Source of the DNA: Escherichia coli
GTDB taxonomy: Bacteria; Pseudomonadota; Gammaproteobacteria; Enterobacterales; Enterobacteriaceae
DNA: 64,000 nucleotides
Assembly: GCF_013122565.1 (NCBI RefSeq)
Contig: NZ_CP053258.1
Direction: 5' to 3' (one strand)
This document shows positions 24,030 through 33,709 of this stretch, piece by piece. Position 1 is the first letter of the stretch. Each line of letters opens with the position of its first letter. Position numbers and translations under genes: made by a program. The notes under the pieces were generated by a model. That model was not told the origin of the DNA, ran no database searches, and was given only the letters and a program-made list of their open reading frames with translations.

Positions 24030-27000
24030 AGCGCTCGCTCCGGGCAGGCGAAGCGTTGCAGTAGCCCACGGTTCACCGGGTCAAAATCCCGTCCTGCGGT
24101 GATTTCCAGCACCACCCGCCGCCCGTCAAAGCTATATTCAACCTGCTGTGTTCCCCGTACCGCCGTCTCCTGCGCGTTACCCGCATCCAGCAGGTGAAAC
24201 AGCGCCCACGGTCCGTTAGTCAGCAGCGTCGAGGTGTCCTGGCGGATGCGCGGGCTGGCGGTGATTTCCGCCATTGAGCCGTTGCGCGGCCCCGGCCAGT
24301 TCACTTTCAGCGGTCTGACCGGGCCGTGAGCGTAACGCAGCACCTGACCGTCGATATCAATCACCAGTTCAGTGATTGCAGGGTCCATATCCACGACGCG
24401 GACCTGCATCGCCCAGGAAAACTTTTTCCCGCCTTCACCGTTAAAAAAAACGCTGCGGATCTGTTTCGCCTCCTGAAACGGCGTCAGGTCCGGCCCCTGT
24501 AAGGTCATGTTGCCTTCGGTCGGTTTGTAGCGCCACGGGTTGCTGGCGGTGTCCGCCAGCGGGGCCAGTTGCTTCGTCCAGAACGCATCCAGCACACCGC
24601 CGCTGGCAAAGATATGGTTAAAATCGTCCGCGCTGACCTCCTGCGGGCTGTCGGTAAAGGGGTAGCGCCCGTCAATAGCATCACGGCACTCATCGCCAAT
24701 CACCGCTTCCATCTGCGCGTTCAGCACTTCACCGGTGCCGGCGTTGATTTTGCGCGTTCCCTGCTGCGTGAGATCCAGCAAAATATTTTTCAGCGGTGCG
24801 GGCAGTTTTGCCGCCTCCAGTTGCAGTTTATCCGCCGCCGAAATACGGCCAGGTAATGTGCTCGCTGCCAGCGCGCTGTCGGCGATGGTGAGCTGGGTGT
24901 AATATTCATTGAGCATTGTCAGCAGCGAATTTAACTGCGGCGCGCCACCAGTCTGCCCGCTGTCTGTCCGCCCGGAAACCACTTCCCGCAAGGCGGCGAA
25001 ACGGTCATCCACCAGTGATTTCTCCAGCCGCTCTTCCGGGTGGATGTCCTGTAACAGCTTTGCCGTCTGCCCCGCTTTTCCCACATTGCCGGAGAGCCGG
25101 TCCTGCGCACGCTGGGCCATCTGCTTTTGTCTGGCCTGCGCATCCAGCGGCGGCACCAGCGTGGTCTGCTCCACCACCGCTTTACTCAGGCGCATCAGCG
25201 GGGAATCCGGCGAGGCCAGGGTACGCAGCACCTGAAGGTCATACGCCAGCCCGGGACTGCCGTCTTCCCCGGCACTGTTGATGCTGTGAATACTTGCCAG
25301 AAAATCCTGCCAGCGGCGGGCATATTCAGCCAGGTACAGGCGGCGTACCTCACGGGTAACCGGGAGTTCCTGCCCCGGCAACTGGCTCATCACAATATCC
25401 GTTGTTTTTTTTTGCGCGTTTTCCCGGCCCATCACCCAGGCATCGTCCGCTGATGCGGCTGCGACAAACTCCGACAGCCGTTTGTCGAACAGTTCCCGGT
25501 AGCCTTCGCGAGTGAAGATGCCGGGCACGCCCCTATCCAGCGGCGCGCCATCCGTGCGGACAAAAACCGTTCCCGCATCCGCGCCCACAGCGCGAACCAG
25601 CGAAAACTCCTGCGGTGCTTCGCTCTCCATGGAAGCCAGGGCTCGAGTGTAGATACGCTCGGTGCTGGTATGGCCGTCAAGGAAGGCTCGCGCCTGGCGG
25701 ATCAGCCCCTCATCTTTTTCCCAGGGCGAATGCACCACGCGGCTGCCGTCAAACAGGGCATCGATATGCTCCAGCACGGCGGCGCGACCGCCGAACTCCG
25801 CCACGCTGTCGCGGTTGTCCAGGTCGTTCAGCACCCAGGCGTGGATCTCCGCCGCGTTGTATTTATCCTCGTGGTCCTTATCGAGGTTCAGCAACAGATA
25901 AACATGCAGGGCGTCATAGGCGGCTTTGCTGTCCTGACGCGCAATCGCATCCGAAAGCACGTATTCCATGCGTTTCACCAGCGGTGGCAGCAGTAACTGG
26001 TCCAGCAGGCGGTCATACAGGGATGCGACGCTCTCCATCACCGGCGGAACGCTGTAAAGACCATAACGCCAGGCCAGCGGCGGCGAGTCCGGGTCCAGTC
26101 CCGGCCAGGCAGAGAGCGCCCGTGCCTGGTTCAGCAGGGCCGGAACAGGCTGCATAGCAGGTTTTCCGGTATAGGCTTTGACATCACCATCCAGTTGGGT
26201 CGTCCGGCTGGCGATTTCATTCAGATAACCGCTGTTACCCTGCTGGCTGCCCTGCATTCCCTGCCACAACCAGAAAGCCAGCGCCAGTACCAGCAGATGC
26301 CCGCCAGTGCGCAGCAGGCGGTAACGCCAGGCCCACTGAAGGTTCGGCTCCACCAGGTGCGCTTCGCGGAAGATAAACTGCGTCAGTAGATCGTGCAGGA
26401 AATAGCTGCGGTTGCCGTCCGGCAGGGTATGGGATGGGGAATCAGCCTTCCCTTTGATAGCACGGACAAAACGCTGCCAGATGCCCGTCTTGTCAGCCAC
26501 GGCGTCTGCCTGCGCCTGCGCGGCGCTGGTAAAAAATACGCCGCGCAGGGTGTTGTTAAGCTGGGTGGCGTCAAATTTTGAATCGAGGAAAATCTGCTCA
26601 ATGGCTTCCAGCAGCGGCGCACCCAGCGCGGCAAATTCACGCGGGAAGCGATAGAGCCGCTGGCGGCTTTTAAGGTCGTACTCTTCCTGCAACCGGGTAT
26701 CCAGCCCCTGATCCAGCCGCAGGGTCAGGTTTGCCAGTTCCTGGCTACAGAGCGCATGCAGCGACTGCGGATCGCTGGCGTGACGCCTGCGGCTGTATGG
26801 CAGAGTAAAGCCCCAGACCTGGGCGCGCAGGTGGCTGGTCAGCCCGTGGAAATACTCCGTAAAGCCCGGCAGCAGATCCATCTTGGTGACAACCAGATAG
26901 ACCGGAAAACGAATACCCAGCGTCTCCCGCAGTTCCGCCAGCCGCGCACGCAGGGCCGCACAGGCAGCCAGCCGTTCCGCCGGGGACTGCGCAGTCAGAT

Positions 27001-27892
27001 CCGCCACGTTCAGCGTCAGGATCACGCCGTTGAGCGGTGCGCCGGGGCGGTGTTTACGCAGCAGTCCCAGAAACCCGTGCCACTCCCCGGCGTTGCGCTG
27101 GGTCGCGCTGATTTCGCCACCGTCATCGTGACGGGCATAGCGCCCGGCGGTGTCAATAAGCACTGCTTCGTTGGTAAACCACCAGTCGCAATGCAGCGTT
27201 CCGCCGCCCGGCACGGTGAGGATATGCGCGGTTTGCTCCATCTGCTCCGCCAGCGGAAACTGCAATCCGGTGTTGAGCAGTGCTGTGGTTTTACCGTCGC
27301 CGGGGCTACCGATAACCATGAACCAAGGCAGTTCGTACAGAAAACGTTTTCCTTCCAGTACGTTACGCCAGCCCGGCAGGTCTACGCGCAGCTGTTTCAG
27401 TTGCCGAATAGCGCGAGTGACAATATGGCTGACGGTGCGTAAGTCGGCTTTAATTTCCCCGGCCACCGGTACGTCTTCCCCGCGCGGATGCAGGAAACGG
27501 CGCAGCAGTTGTTCGTCCAGACGCAGCGCCCGCCACAGCCGGTACAGGCCATACAGCGCATAAGACAGAAGGATCAGGCCGATAAGCGTCAGACGCAGCC
27601 ACAGCGGCGCAAATGGATGAACATCACCGAAAGCCAGCAACGGTGAGACAAAGCCGATAACCAGGCACAGAACCGTAACGCCAATGATGCTCATAGACCA
27701 GTTAACCAGCCACAGTGCGAGGAACATCAGTAACAGAACGATGGTGACTAACCGACTTCCCACGGACGCGAGTGGATGCAGGGTGTCAAACGCGACCAGC
27801 GGCCCAATAAACCAGACCAGCAACGCCAGCATTACCAGGCCAACAATGGCCAGCGCGCGGCGGGAAAACAGCATACTGAGAAATTTTTGCAT
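24026..27892 (-). CDS. tssM: T6SS membrane-complex protein TssM (IcmF)
   Basis: 1288 aa; N-terminal transmembrane helices, Walker A GSPGDGKTT, large periplasmic domain. Confidence 0.9.
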   Translation of the reverse strand: MQKFLSMLFSRRALAIVGLVMLALLVWFIGPLVAFDTLHPLASVGSRLVTIVLLLMFLALWLVNWSMSIIGVTVLCLVIGFVSPLLAFGDVHPFAPLWLRLTLIGLILLSYALYGLYRLWRALRLDEQLLRRFLHPRGEDVPVAGEIKADLRTVSHIVTRAIRQLKQLRVDLPGWRNVLEGKRFLYELPWFMVIGSPGDGKTTALLNTGLQFPLAEQMEQTAHILTVPGGGTLHCDWWFTNEAVLIDTAGRYARHDDGGEISATQRNAGEWHGFLGLLRKHRPGAPLNGVILTLNVADLTAQSPAERLAACAALRARLAELRETLGIRFPVYLVVTKMDLLPGFTEYFHGLTSHLRAQVWGFTLPYSRRRHASDPQSLHALCSQELANLTLRLDQGLDTRLQEEYDLKSRQRLYRFPREFAALGAPLLEAIEQIFLDSKFDATQLNNTLRGVFFTSAAQAQADAVADKTGIWQRFVRAIKGKADSPSHTLPDGNRSYFLHDLLTQFIFREAHLVEPNLQWAWRYRLLRTGGHLLVLALAFWLWQGMQGSQQGNSGYLNEIASRTTQLDGDVKAYTGKPAMQPVPALLNQARALSAWPGLDPDSPPLAWRYGLYSVPPVMESVASLYDRLLDQLLLPPLVKRMEYVLSDAIARQDSKAAYDALHVYLLLNLDKDHEDKYNAAEIHAWVLNDLDNRDSVAEFGGRAAVLEHIDALFDGSRVVHSPWEKDEGLIRQARAFLDGHTSTERIYTRALASMESEAPQEFSLVRAVGADAGTVFVRTDGAPLDRGVPGIFTREGYRELFDKRLSEFVAAASADDAWVMGRENAQKKTTDIVMSQLPGQELPVTREVRRLYLAEYARRWQDFLASIHSINSAGEDGSPGLAYDLQVLRTLASPDSPLMRLSKAVVEQTTLVPPLDAQARQKQMAQRAQDRLSGNVGKAGQTAKLLQDIHPEERLEKSLVDDRFAALREVVSGRTDSGQTGGAPQLNSLLTMLNEYYTQLTIADSALAASTLPGRISAADKLQLEAAKLPAPLKNILLDLTQQGTRKINAGTGEVLNAQMEAVIGDECRDAIDGRYPFTDSPQEVSADDFNHIFASGGVLDAFWTKQLAPLADTASNPWRYKPTEGNMTLQGPDLTPFQEAKQIRSVFFNGEGGKKFSWAMQVRVVDMDPAITELVIDIDGQVLRYAHGPVRPLKVNWPGPRNGSMAEITASPRIRQDTSTLLTNGPWALFHLLDAGNAQETAVRGTQQVEYSFDGRRVVLEITAGRDFDPVNRGLLQRFACPERAL

Positions 27893-28179
27893 TATTGTTC
27901 AGAACTCCATGCGATAATCAGTAATAGCAAAATGCCGCAAGCTGAAAAAATCCTTCCAGTACGGGCTACTGAAAGAAAATAAAGAGCAATCTGAACAATT
28001 ATCAAAATAAAATAAATCAACATTTTGATTATTTCTCTGTTCCCATTTCCCTGAGGCAACGTTGTCATTGAAGGATCCATATCCTGCATCCATTGATACT
28101 CATTCCCGGAAAAAAGCATGATGATGATCAGACCCATAATGAATAACAACCATCCTGATATCTGAATTATTCTTCTCAC
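27892..28179 (-). CDS. small polytopic membrane protein, unknown function
   Basis: 95 aa with about three hydrophobic helices; between the SLT-like gene and tssM. Confidence 0.4.
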   Translation of the reverse strand: MRRIIQISGWLLFIMGLIIIMLFSGNEYQWMQDMDPSMTTLPQGNGNREIIKMLIYFILIIVQIALYFLSVARTGRIFSACGILLLLIIAWSSEQ

Positions 28180-28187
28180 GAAGACTC

Positions 28188-28871
28188 CTAATGGGCGATG
28201 AGTAAATTAGAGAAATGCAACCAGTTGTTGACAATAAAATTGCCATAGCTGGTATCTTCCTTTATTTTCTCCAGAGTAAGCGACATACCCCGGTTATAAC
28301 GGGCACCAATAATTCTTATCTGCTCTTTCGTCAGGTGTGGTAAGGAGGACTGAAATTCATCTCTTTCAGCTAATTTATAAATATGTCTGGCCACAAGTTG
28401 AATATTAAAAATATCATGCTGGAGGCAATTTGCCAGTTCACGCAATTGAGAGGTATCCATTTTTGACTCATCAAGCCCAAGCGTTCTGGCTGCGGTTCGC
28501 AATTGCATACTCACTGCACCAAAAGATGTTTTTTCTGGTCTCGAAGTTATTGTGATATGTTCATCAATCCACTCAGGCCCACTCCAGTCAATAGTCCGAG
28601 CATCAAATGCCAGCATATCTACAATACTGGGATCCCCCCCGACTTCTATCCAACACACACCTGCCAGTAAAGGTGCTGGCAAATTATATGTATTGGCAGC
28701 CGACGTTATCAGAAGATGGTTATGTTTTACCCAGCCATCTTTGAAATAACGCCCAAACGGTACACCACCGCCCCATTTTTTTGGCGCTAATTTCCAGAAA
28801 AGAAATTCGGTCACGCCCCATACCGGTGAATGATTCGATGCATTGCAGTCCAGATTATTCATTTTTCTCAC
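28188..28871 (-). CDS. lytic-transglycosylase (SLT)-like protein, T6SS-associated
   Basis: 227 aa, no signal peptide; LAGVCWIEVGGDP and FGAVSMQLRTAARTLGLD resemble the SLT Glu and GLMQ motifs. Confidence 0.45.
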   Translation of the reverse strand: MRKMNNLDCNASNHSPVWGVTEFLFWKLAPKKWGGGVPFGRYFKDGWVKHNHLLITSAANTYNLPAPLLAGVCWIEVGGDPSIVDMLAFDARTIDWSGPEWIDEHITITSRPEKTSFGAVSMQLRTAARTLGLDESKMDTSQLRELANCLQHDIFNIQLVARHIYKLAERDEFQSSLPHLTKEQIRIIGARYNRGMSLTLEKIKEDTSYGNFIVNNWLHFSNLLIAH

Positions 28872-30184
28872 TCCACCACCAGAATTTCCACCCGACGGTT
28901 CTGCGCCCGTCCGGTTTTAGTGCTGTTATCGGCCACCGGTACGGTATCTCCTTTCCCGACGACCCGAATCCGGCTGACCGGAACACCACCGGACGTCAGC
29001 AGTGAAGCCACTTCCGTCGCCCGTTTTTCCGACAACACCTGGTTGGAGGGGAATTCAGCGGAGTGGATCGGCTGACTGTCGGTGTGTCCGGTCACCGTCA
29101 CCGCGCCGCCCACACGCGCAATCTCTCGCGCGGCCTTATCAATCACCGGGCTTAGCGCATCATTCACGGTTTTCTGCCCTGGTATAAACATCGTATCGCC
29201 ACGAAAGATTACACGGCTGTGATGGTCATCTTCCTCCACCGTCAGCAGGCCACGGGCGATTTCGTTCGCCAGCAGGATTTTCAGCCGCAGTTTATGCACT
29301 GGAACGGGTGGCGGCGGTAGATTTTTACCAATGGCGTCGATACGCTGTTGTACGGTTTCGGTAGCGAGGTTCATCCGGTGGCTGTAAAGGCCAAACAGCG
29401 TCAGCATCACCAGCAGAGCGATTCCGGCGCTCAGCCAGACCGGCACCCGGCGCATCCGCCGCATTCGCCCACTGACGGCACCGGCAAAACCCGGCGAGAG
29501 CATCGGCGTGATTGGATCGCGACGCTGGACCAGTTGAGTCAGCAGTTGCTGACGGATATCGTCCAGTTGCTTACGCCCGTCAGGCCGTACACTGTAGCGG
29601 CCTTCAAAACCCAGCCCCAGAATGTGGTAGATGATCTCCAGTACATCGTTGTGCTCCTGGAAGCTTGCGGCCAGACGCCCAATTATCTGAAACAGCTTGA
29701 TGCCGCCTTCACTTTCGCCATGAAAAGTGACCAGCAGGCTTTTTCCAGCCCAGACACCGCGCCGTCCCCAGGTGGTGTTGTTGGCGGCTTCGTCCAGCGA
29801 AGTGCATAGGCAATAACGCACAGCCAGCACATGTTCGCGGCGAAGGTTTGCTTGATCGCATAACGTCTGATATCGACGAACTTCACGCTCCAGTAGGGCG
29901 CGATAATGTTCGACAAAACCAGGGGATAGTTCACGGGGCATTTGCGCCAGCGCGCATAACAGAGGGCTGGCCGCCGCCAGGAGAGGATTCACAGCACCAG
30001 TGATCTCAGCCAAACGGAGCTTCAAATCTGGCCCGTCTTCAACCACCACCTTTATATCTTCCCTGCGAAGGCTGTCCTGGATGAGCGTATCGTAACCTTC
30101 ATTATCAGGCGACCTTGTTCCCTTCATTGAAGTCTGTAATGGCAGAGTATTCACCGCAGGTTGCGTCAGAATATCGTCGGTCAT
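28868..30184 (-). CDS. tssL: TssL (DotU) with C-terminal OmpA-like peptidoglycan-binding extension
   Basis: 438 aa; central transmembrane helix; C-terminus ...NRRVEILVVE typical of OmpA/MotB domains. Confidence 0.85.
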   Translation of the reverse strand: MTDDILTQPAVNTLPLQTSMKGTRSPDNEGYDTLIQDSLRREDIKVVVEDGPDLKLRLAEITGAVNPLLAAASPLLCALAQMPRELSPGFVEHYRALLEREVRRYQTLCDQANLRREHVLAVRYCLCTSLDEAANNTTWGRRGVWAGKSLLVTFHGESEGGIKLFQIIGRLAASFQEHNDVLEIIYHILGLGFEGRYSVRPDGRKQLDDIRQQLLTQLVQRRDPITPMLSPGFAGAVSGRMRRMRRVPVWLSAGIALLVMLTLFGLYSHRMNLATETVQQRIDAIGKNLPPPPVPVHKLRLKILLANEIARGLLTVEEDDHHSRVIFRGDTMFIPGQKTVNDALSPVIDKAAREIARVGGAVTVTGHTDSQPIHSAEFPSNQVLSEKRATEVASLLTSGGVPVSRIRVVGKGDTVPVADNSTKTGRAQNRRVEILVVE

Positions 30185-31524
30185 TTATCGCGAACTCCCC
30201 ACAGCTCCAGCTCCAGGCCTGGAAACTCTCCGGCGGTATGCATTGCCATACCGCCATAGCGGGCGATATGTTCCCACAACACGCCGTCGCGGCGGATGTC
30301 GTAATAGATGTAACCGGACTGAAACGGGATCTGACGCGGTGGCACTGGCAGCACCTGTAGAACAAGACCAGGAAGGTGCGAGCGAATTAGTTCCGGCAGG
30401 CGTTCTGACGGCCCTATTTTGGTCTGAGCCGAAAAATGTTGTAGTAAGGTGTCGGCGGACATCTGTGCCTTCACCGCCAATACTAACGAGCTGAAATCTG
30501 ACAGTTCGGTAGGTTCAACCACCGCATTGAGAATACCGTAAATTCCCTCTTCCAGAGGGATTCGCTGCGCCCCACGTATTAGCACAGCATTCAGCAGATA
30601 CTGAACCTCGTCCACTACCGATTTCAGCCCGGCATAGGGCGTCAAATGCTTATATTCTTTATATTCTTCCGGACGGCGTGTTTGCGGGCGCACGTAGGTA
30701 GAGAGTTCTCCGGCAAGTGCGCAGAGGTTACGATACAGCACCTCAGGCGACAGCGGTGTTTTCGACATATGGATCAGTAAGGGGCCGAAACGATTAAGAA
30801 CTTGCAGAAGCAGGTAATCAGACACTTCCGCCGCTTCATGACCGTGTTTGTCGCTCCCCGTCAATCGTTCCGCCAGTGAATTTGCACGCATTTTTATCAG
30901 ATCGTTAATCCACGATAGCCAGGTACATATCAGCGTACTGGCCTGGTAGTTCGCCACTGGCGGGATCAACTCTTTGTCTATATCGACCCGACCATCGGGA
31001 TGCAGCGCCGTGATGCGTGTCAGCGGCAGGCCGATCCACGCGTCTGTCACCGCCTTTTCCGGTAATAGTCGCAAGCGTAGGTGGCTAAGTTGCAGCAGTT
31101 GCGCGCCGCGCCCTAGCGAATTGGCATCACGGATTTCATTTTCATGCACCGAAAAGCGTGCCAGTGATTCAGGGTTATTGTCGAAGCTTGTTTCTTCACT
31201 GTTCGGCGTACGTATTGGCACAGCCAGATAAATCAACTGGTTAAGATGTTCTGGAAGGATGGTCAGAGGCGGCGGGAGTGGTGTGTGACCCGGCGCATTA
31301 AAAGGAGTACCGTCAGCAAATACTCCGGAAGCCTTTGTAAGTACCAGTTTTCCGATGTTCAGCGCCTCACTACCAATTCCATACTCATTGAACCCCCAGA
31401 AAAAAGGTGAAAGAGGCAAACTGCGATAATGAATGACATGTTCCAGATAGCGTTCCTGCTGCTGAAACATCTGTGGCAGCAAAAATTGTCCTTCACTCCA
31501 GACCACCCGGTTATTCCAACTCAT
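30181..31524 (-). CDS. tssK: T6SS baseplate protein TssK
   Basis: 447 aa; N-terminus MSWNNRVVWSEGQFLLPQMFQQQERYLE typical of TssK. Confidence 0.9.
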   Translation of the reverse strand: MSWNNRVVWSEGQFLLPQMFQQQERYLEHVIHYRSLPLSPFFWGFNEYGIGSEALNIGKLVLTKASGVFADGTPFNAPGHTPLPPPLTILPEHLNQLIYLAVPIRTPNSEETSFDNNPESLARFSVHENEIRDANSLGRGAQLLQLSHLRLRLLPEKAVTDAWIGLPLTRITALHPDGRVDIDKELIPPVANYQASTLICTWLSWINDLIKMRANSLAERLTGSDKHGHEAAEVSDYLLLQVLNRFGPLLIHMSKTPLSPEVLYRNLCALAGELSTYVRPQTRRPEEYKEYKHLTPYAGLKSVVDEVQYLLNAVLIRGAQRIPLEEGIYGILNAVVEPTELSDFSSLVLAVKAQMSADTLLQHFSAQTKIGPSERLPELIRSHLPGLVLQVLPVPPRQIPFQSGYIYYDIRRDGVLWEHIARYGGMAMHTAGEFPGLELELWGVRDK

Positions 31525-31527
31525 AAT

Positions 31528-32061
31528 TTACTCATCCCGTTCTTTAATCACTATGGCGCTTTGCTCTATGCCAGCATCCAGTTCGACTTTTTTCTTCGGC
31601 ATAAAGCGGCTGTACCAACTTTTTTCCGGTGGCTCAGGAATTTTATATGTAGCCCGCCAGACCGATTTTCCCAGATTGCGGTATCCGGCGAGGATCCCCA
31701 GCGTGGTGGTTTCCTTATTGAGGGCGCGGCGCAATTTTTTCTCCTCGCCCGGACGCAGGATAAAGCTGTCGCGGTGGAGTAAATCATCAGCAAGAACAGC
31801 CTTGTCATTGTCCTGAAGGGACCACCAGTCCGCCGCCGTGAAAGCTGCATCATTTTTCAGTTCATAAACGCGTATCTCTATGGGCGCGGCTTTTTTCTGA
31901 TTGTCAGGATTCACCTTATCGGAAGCCTTAATCACCAGATCGAGTCTTTGTGACATCAGGTCCGGCACGTCGTCGCTGTCAATGCTGCACCCGGAAAGCA
32001 GGCAGACAAAAGACAAAGCTACCGCACATAACCACCCACCGGGGTTACGCCATTTATTCAC
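31528..32061 (-). CDS. tssJ: T6SS outer-membrane lipoprotein TssJ (start moved to GTG at 32061)
   Basis: Lipobox LLSGCS after a signal peptide; GTG with AAGGAA RBS 8 nt upstream; the longer ORF would overlap hcp. Confidence 0.75.
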   Translation of the reverse strand: MNKWRNPGGWLCAVALSFVCLLSGCSIDSDDVPDLMSQRLDLVIKASDKVNPDNQKKAAPIEIRVYELKNDAAFTAADWWSLQDNDKAVLADDLLHRDSFILRPGEEKKLRRALNKETTTLGILAGYRNLGKSVWRATYKIPEPPEKSWYSRFMPKKKVELDAGIEQSAIVIKERDE

Positions 32062-32087
32062 TGTAATTTCCTTTAAACTCAAATAAT

Positions 32088-32120
32088 AAAAACCGGCCTG
32101 GCTATTTGCCGGGCCGGAAA
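32088..32120 (-). terminator. hairpin plus U-run downstream of hcp (terminator or attenuator)
   Basis: ccggcc ... ggccgg stem followed by ttttt on the transcribed strand, between hcp stop and tssJ start. Confidence 0.4.
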
Positions 32121-32128
32121 AGTACTGC

Positions 32129-32614
32129 TTAAATTTCTTTATTGGCCTTGAAGTCGTAGCCTGCGGTGATGGTGCCGCCGCTGCCACCTTGCTGGTTCTG
32201 CACCACGTATTCCTGCTTCACGGTGCTGAAAGAGAGTTCGACCATTTCACGGGAGGCAATCTCCCCTTCCTTGCTGCCACTGGGAGATACAACAGCCACA
32301 ATAAGGTCAGTGAAGGTATATTTGAGATATTCCAGCGGATTGCCGCCTGCTTTACGCATGGTCAGCACAGCTTTCGGAATGTGTTTGCCGGAGGCGCAGT
32401 ATTTGAACAGGTTAGGACTGGCACGATCGATATAGTGGTCAAAGTCCAGGTTGGTCACGGAGACTTTACCGGATCCCAGGCCACTGCCCGCGTGCATGGT
32501 GGACTCCTGGTGAATATTCCAGCGCCAGCTCAGCACCTCAATTTCATTTTTATGTTTGTCATCCATTGACTCGCCGTCAATGCCGTCAATTTTCAGAAAA
32601 ATGTCATAAGCCAT
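32129..32614 (-). CDS. hcp: Hcp tube protein (TssD)
   Basis: 161 aa from the second ATG (RBS spacing favors it); MAYDIFLKIDGIDGES, typical Hcp. Confidence 0.9.
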   Translation of the reverse strand: MAYDIFLKIDGIDGESMDDKHKNEIEVLSWRWNIHQESTMHAGSGLGSGKVSVTNLDFDHYIDRASPNLFKYCASGKHIPKAVLTMRKAGGNPLEYLKYTFTDLIVAVVSPSGSKEGEIASREMVELSFSTVKQEYVVQNQQGGSGGTITAGYDFKANKEI

Positions 32615-32831
32615 TTTCATTTCCTTATTAAGAATTACTTAAAATAATCTCTGGTTTATCTTCGCATCTGAATTCAGGTAAACCATAGCCGTACAGAACC
32701 TCCTCTCCTTAATTTAAGAAGAACAGAAGGCTCTATATTTTTCAGAACTTAAGTACCAGACAGAAAATCATTCACGAAATAAATGTTTATCAATTATATA
32801 TAGTTAACTGATAACATATTCTACTGGACTT

Positions 32832-33287
32832 TCATTCACATATTAAAGATACGGGTTTCTCCCTTGGTGGTTCATCGAAATAAAGAGTCTTACAGGAATG
32901 AGTATTTACAGGTACTGGCTGAGATAACCAGACCAGTCCGTAGCTATAAATACAGGAAAACCAGTATCTGTCGCTCTCTTTCGCTGTCGCGCCTTCTGTA
33001 TTCCATATCAACCATGTTTCCTGTTTTATTTTTTTCATCTCTGGCTTCTGATCGCCAAAATTTTCCGGTTTATCCTGTGTGACACTAATATGCGTTAACC
33101 ACTGACGAGGCTCCTGCCGTGGGGAAACTCTCCATTGCGGCTGGACAAATGATTTCAGAACCGCGGTGTAAGGCTCCGTTTCAACAAAAACAGGACAAGT
33201 AACTTCCCATGCCGACACATTTTGTGCATAAAACAAGGCAACACCAGAAAGAAGCAATACAGGAAAGCGCATCATCGTACCTTCCAT
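32832..33287 (-). CDS. putative secreted immunity protein (Tai-like)
   Basis: 151 aa with signal peptide, directly downstream of the amidase-like gene. Confidence 0.5.
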   Translation of the reverse strand: MEGTMMRFPVLLLSGVALFYAQNVSAWEVTCPVFVETEPYTAVLKSFVQPQWRVSPRQEPRQWLTHISVTQDKPENFGDQKPEMKKIKQETWLIWNTEGATAKESDRYWFSCIYSYGLVWLSQPVPVNTHSCKTLYFDEPPREKPVSLICE

Positions 33288-33670
33288 TATTCAATTACAT
33301 AAAATGCTTCAGCATTACTGCTGGCGCTGGGATACGAACCGTCAGAGTTTGCTCCGCCTTTCGGTCTGAGTTGATGTTTTTCGATTCTGATCTGCGTTCT
33401 CCACTGATCCATAACCCAGATCCCTCGTTTATCCTGCCCCAGATAGAATGCAGCATGATTACCTGAACTCCTGCCAGGCCATCGCCCATTAAAAAAAGTG
33501 GCAATAGCGGTACCTTTTGGAATGGTGGTGTCCCCCCACACTTTCTTACCCGCACGCCATGTTGCTGTGGAGCCAAGATGTGCATACCTTTTAACCAGAG
33601 TTACACACTCACCATCCCCCACTAATGGCTGCCCCTGTAATAAATCCACTGATTCATAAACTCGCGACAT
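33287..33670 (-). CDS. putative Cys/His papain-fold peptidoglycan amidase effector (Tae-like)
   Basis: 127 aa; candidate catalytic Cys (GECVTLVKRY) and His (NHAAFY) about 60 residues apart; sits between tssC and hcp where SPI-6-type islands carry tae/tai. Confidence 0.5.
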   Translation of the reverse strand: MSRVYESVDLLQGQPLVGDGECVTLVKRYAHLGSTATWRAGKKVWGDTTIPKGTAIATFFNGRWPGRSSGNHAAFYLGQDKRGIWVMDQWRTQIRIEKHQLRPKGGANSDGSYPSASSNAEAFYVIE

Positions 33671-33709
33671 GTTATTGCCCTCTGATGTTACGCAGAATCC
33701 TTAGATGTA

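Noticed and set aside
23555-27563. Ala/Arg/Pro-rich ORFs antisense to or out of frame within tagF and tssM (e.g. 23555..24064, 25615..26157, 26756..27442)
   Set aside because: Typical high-GC shadow frames inside confidently assigned genes
33295-33585. Alternative-frame 96 aa ORF overlapping the Tae-like gene
   Set aside because: Fully nested in another frame of a better-supported ORF with catalytic Cys/His and a following signal-peptide gene
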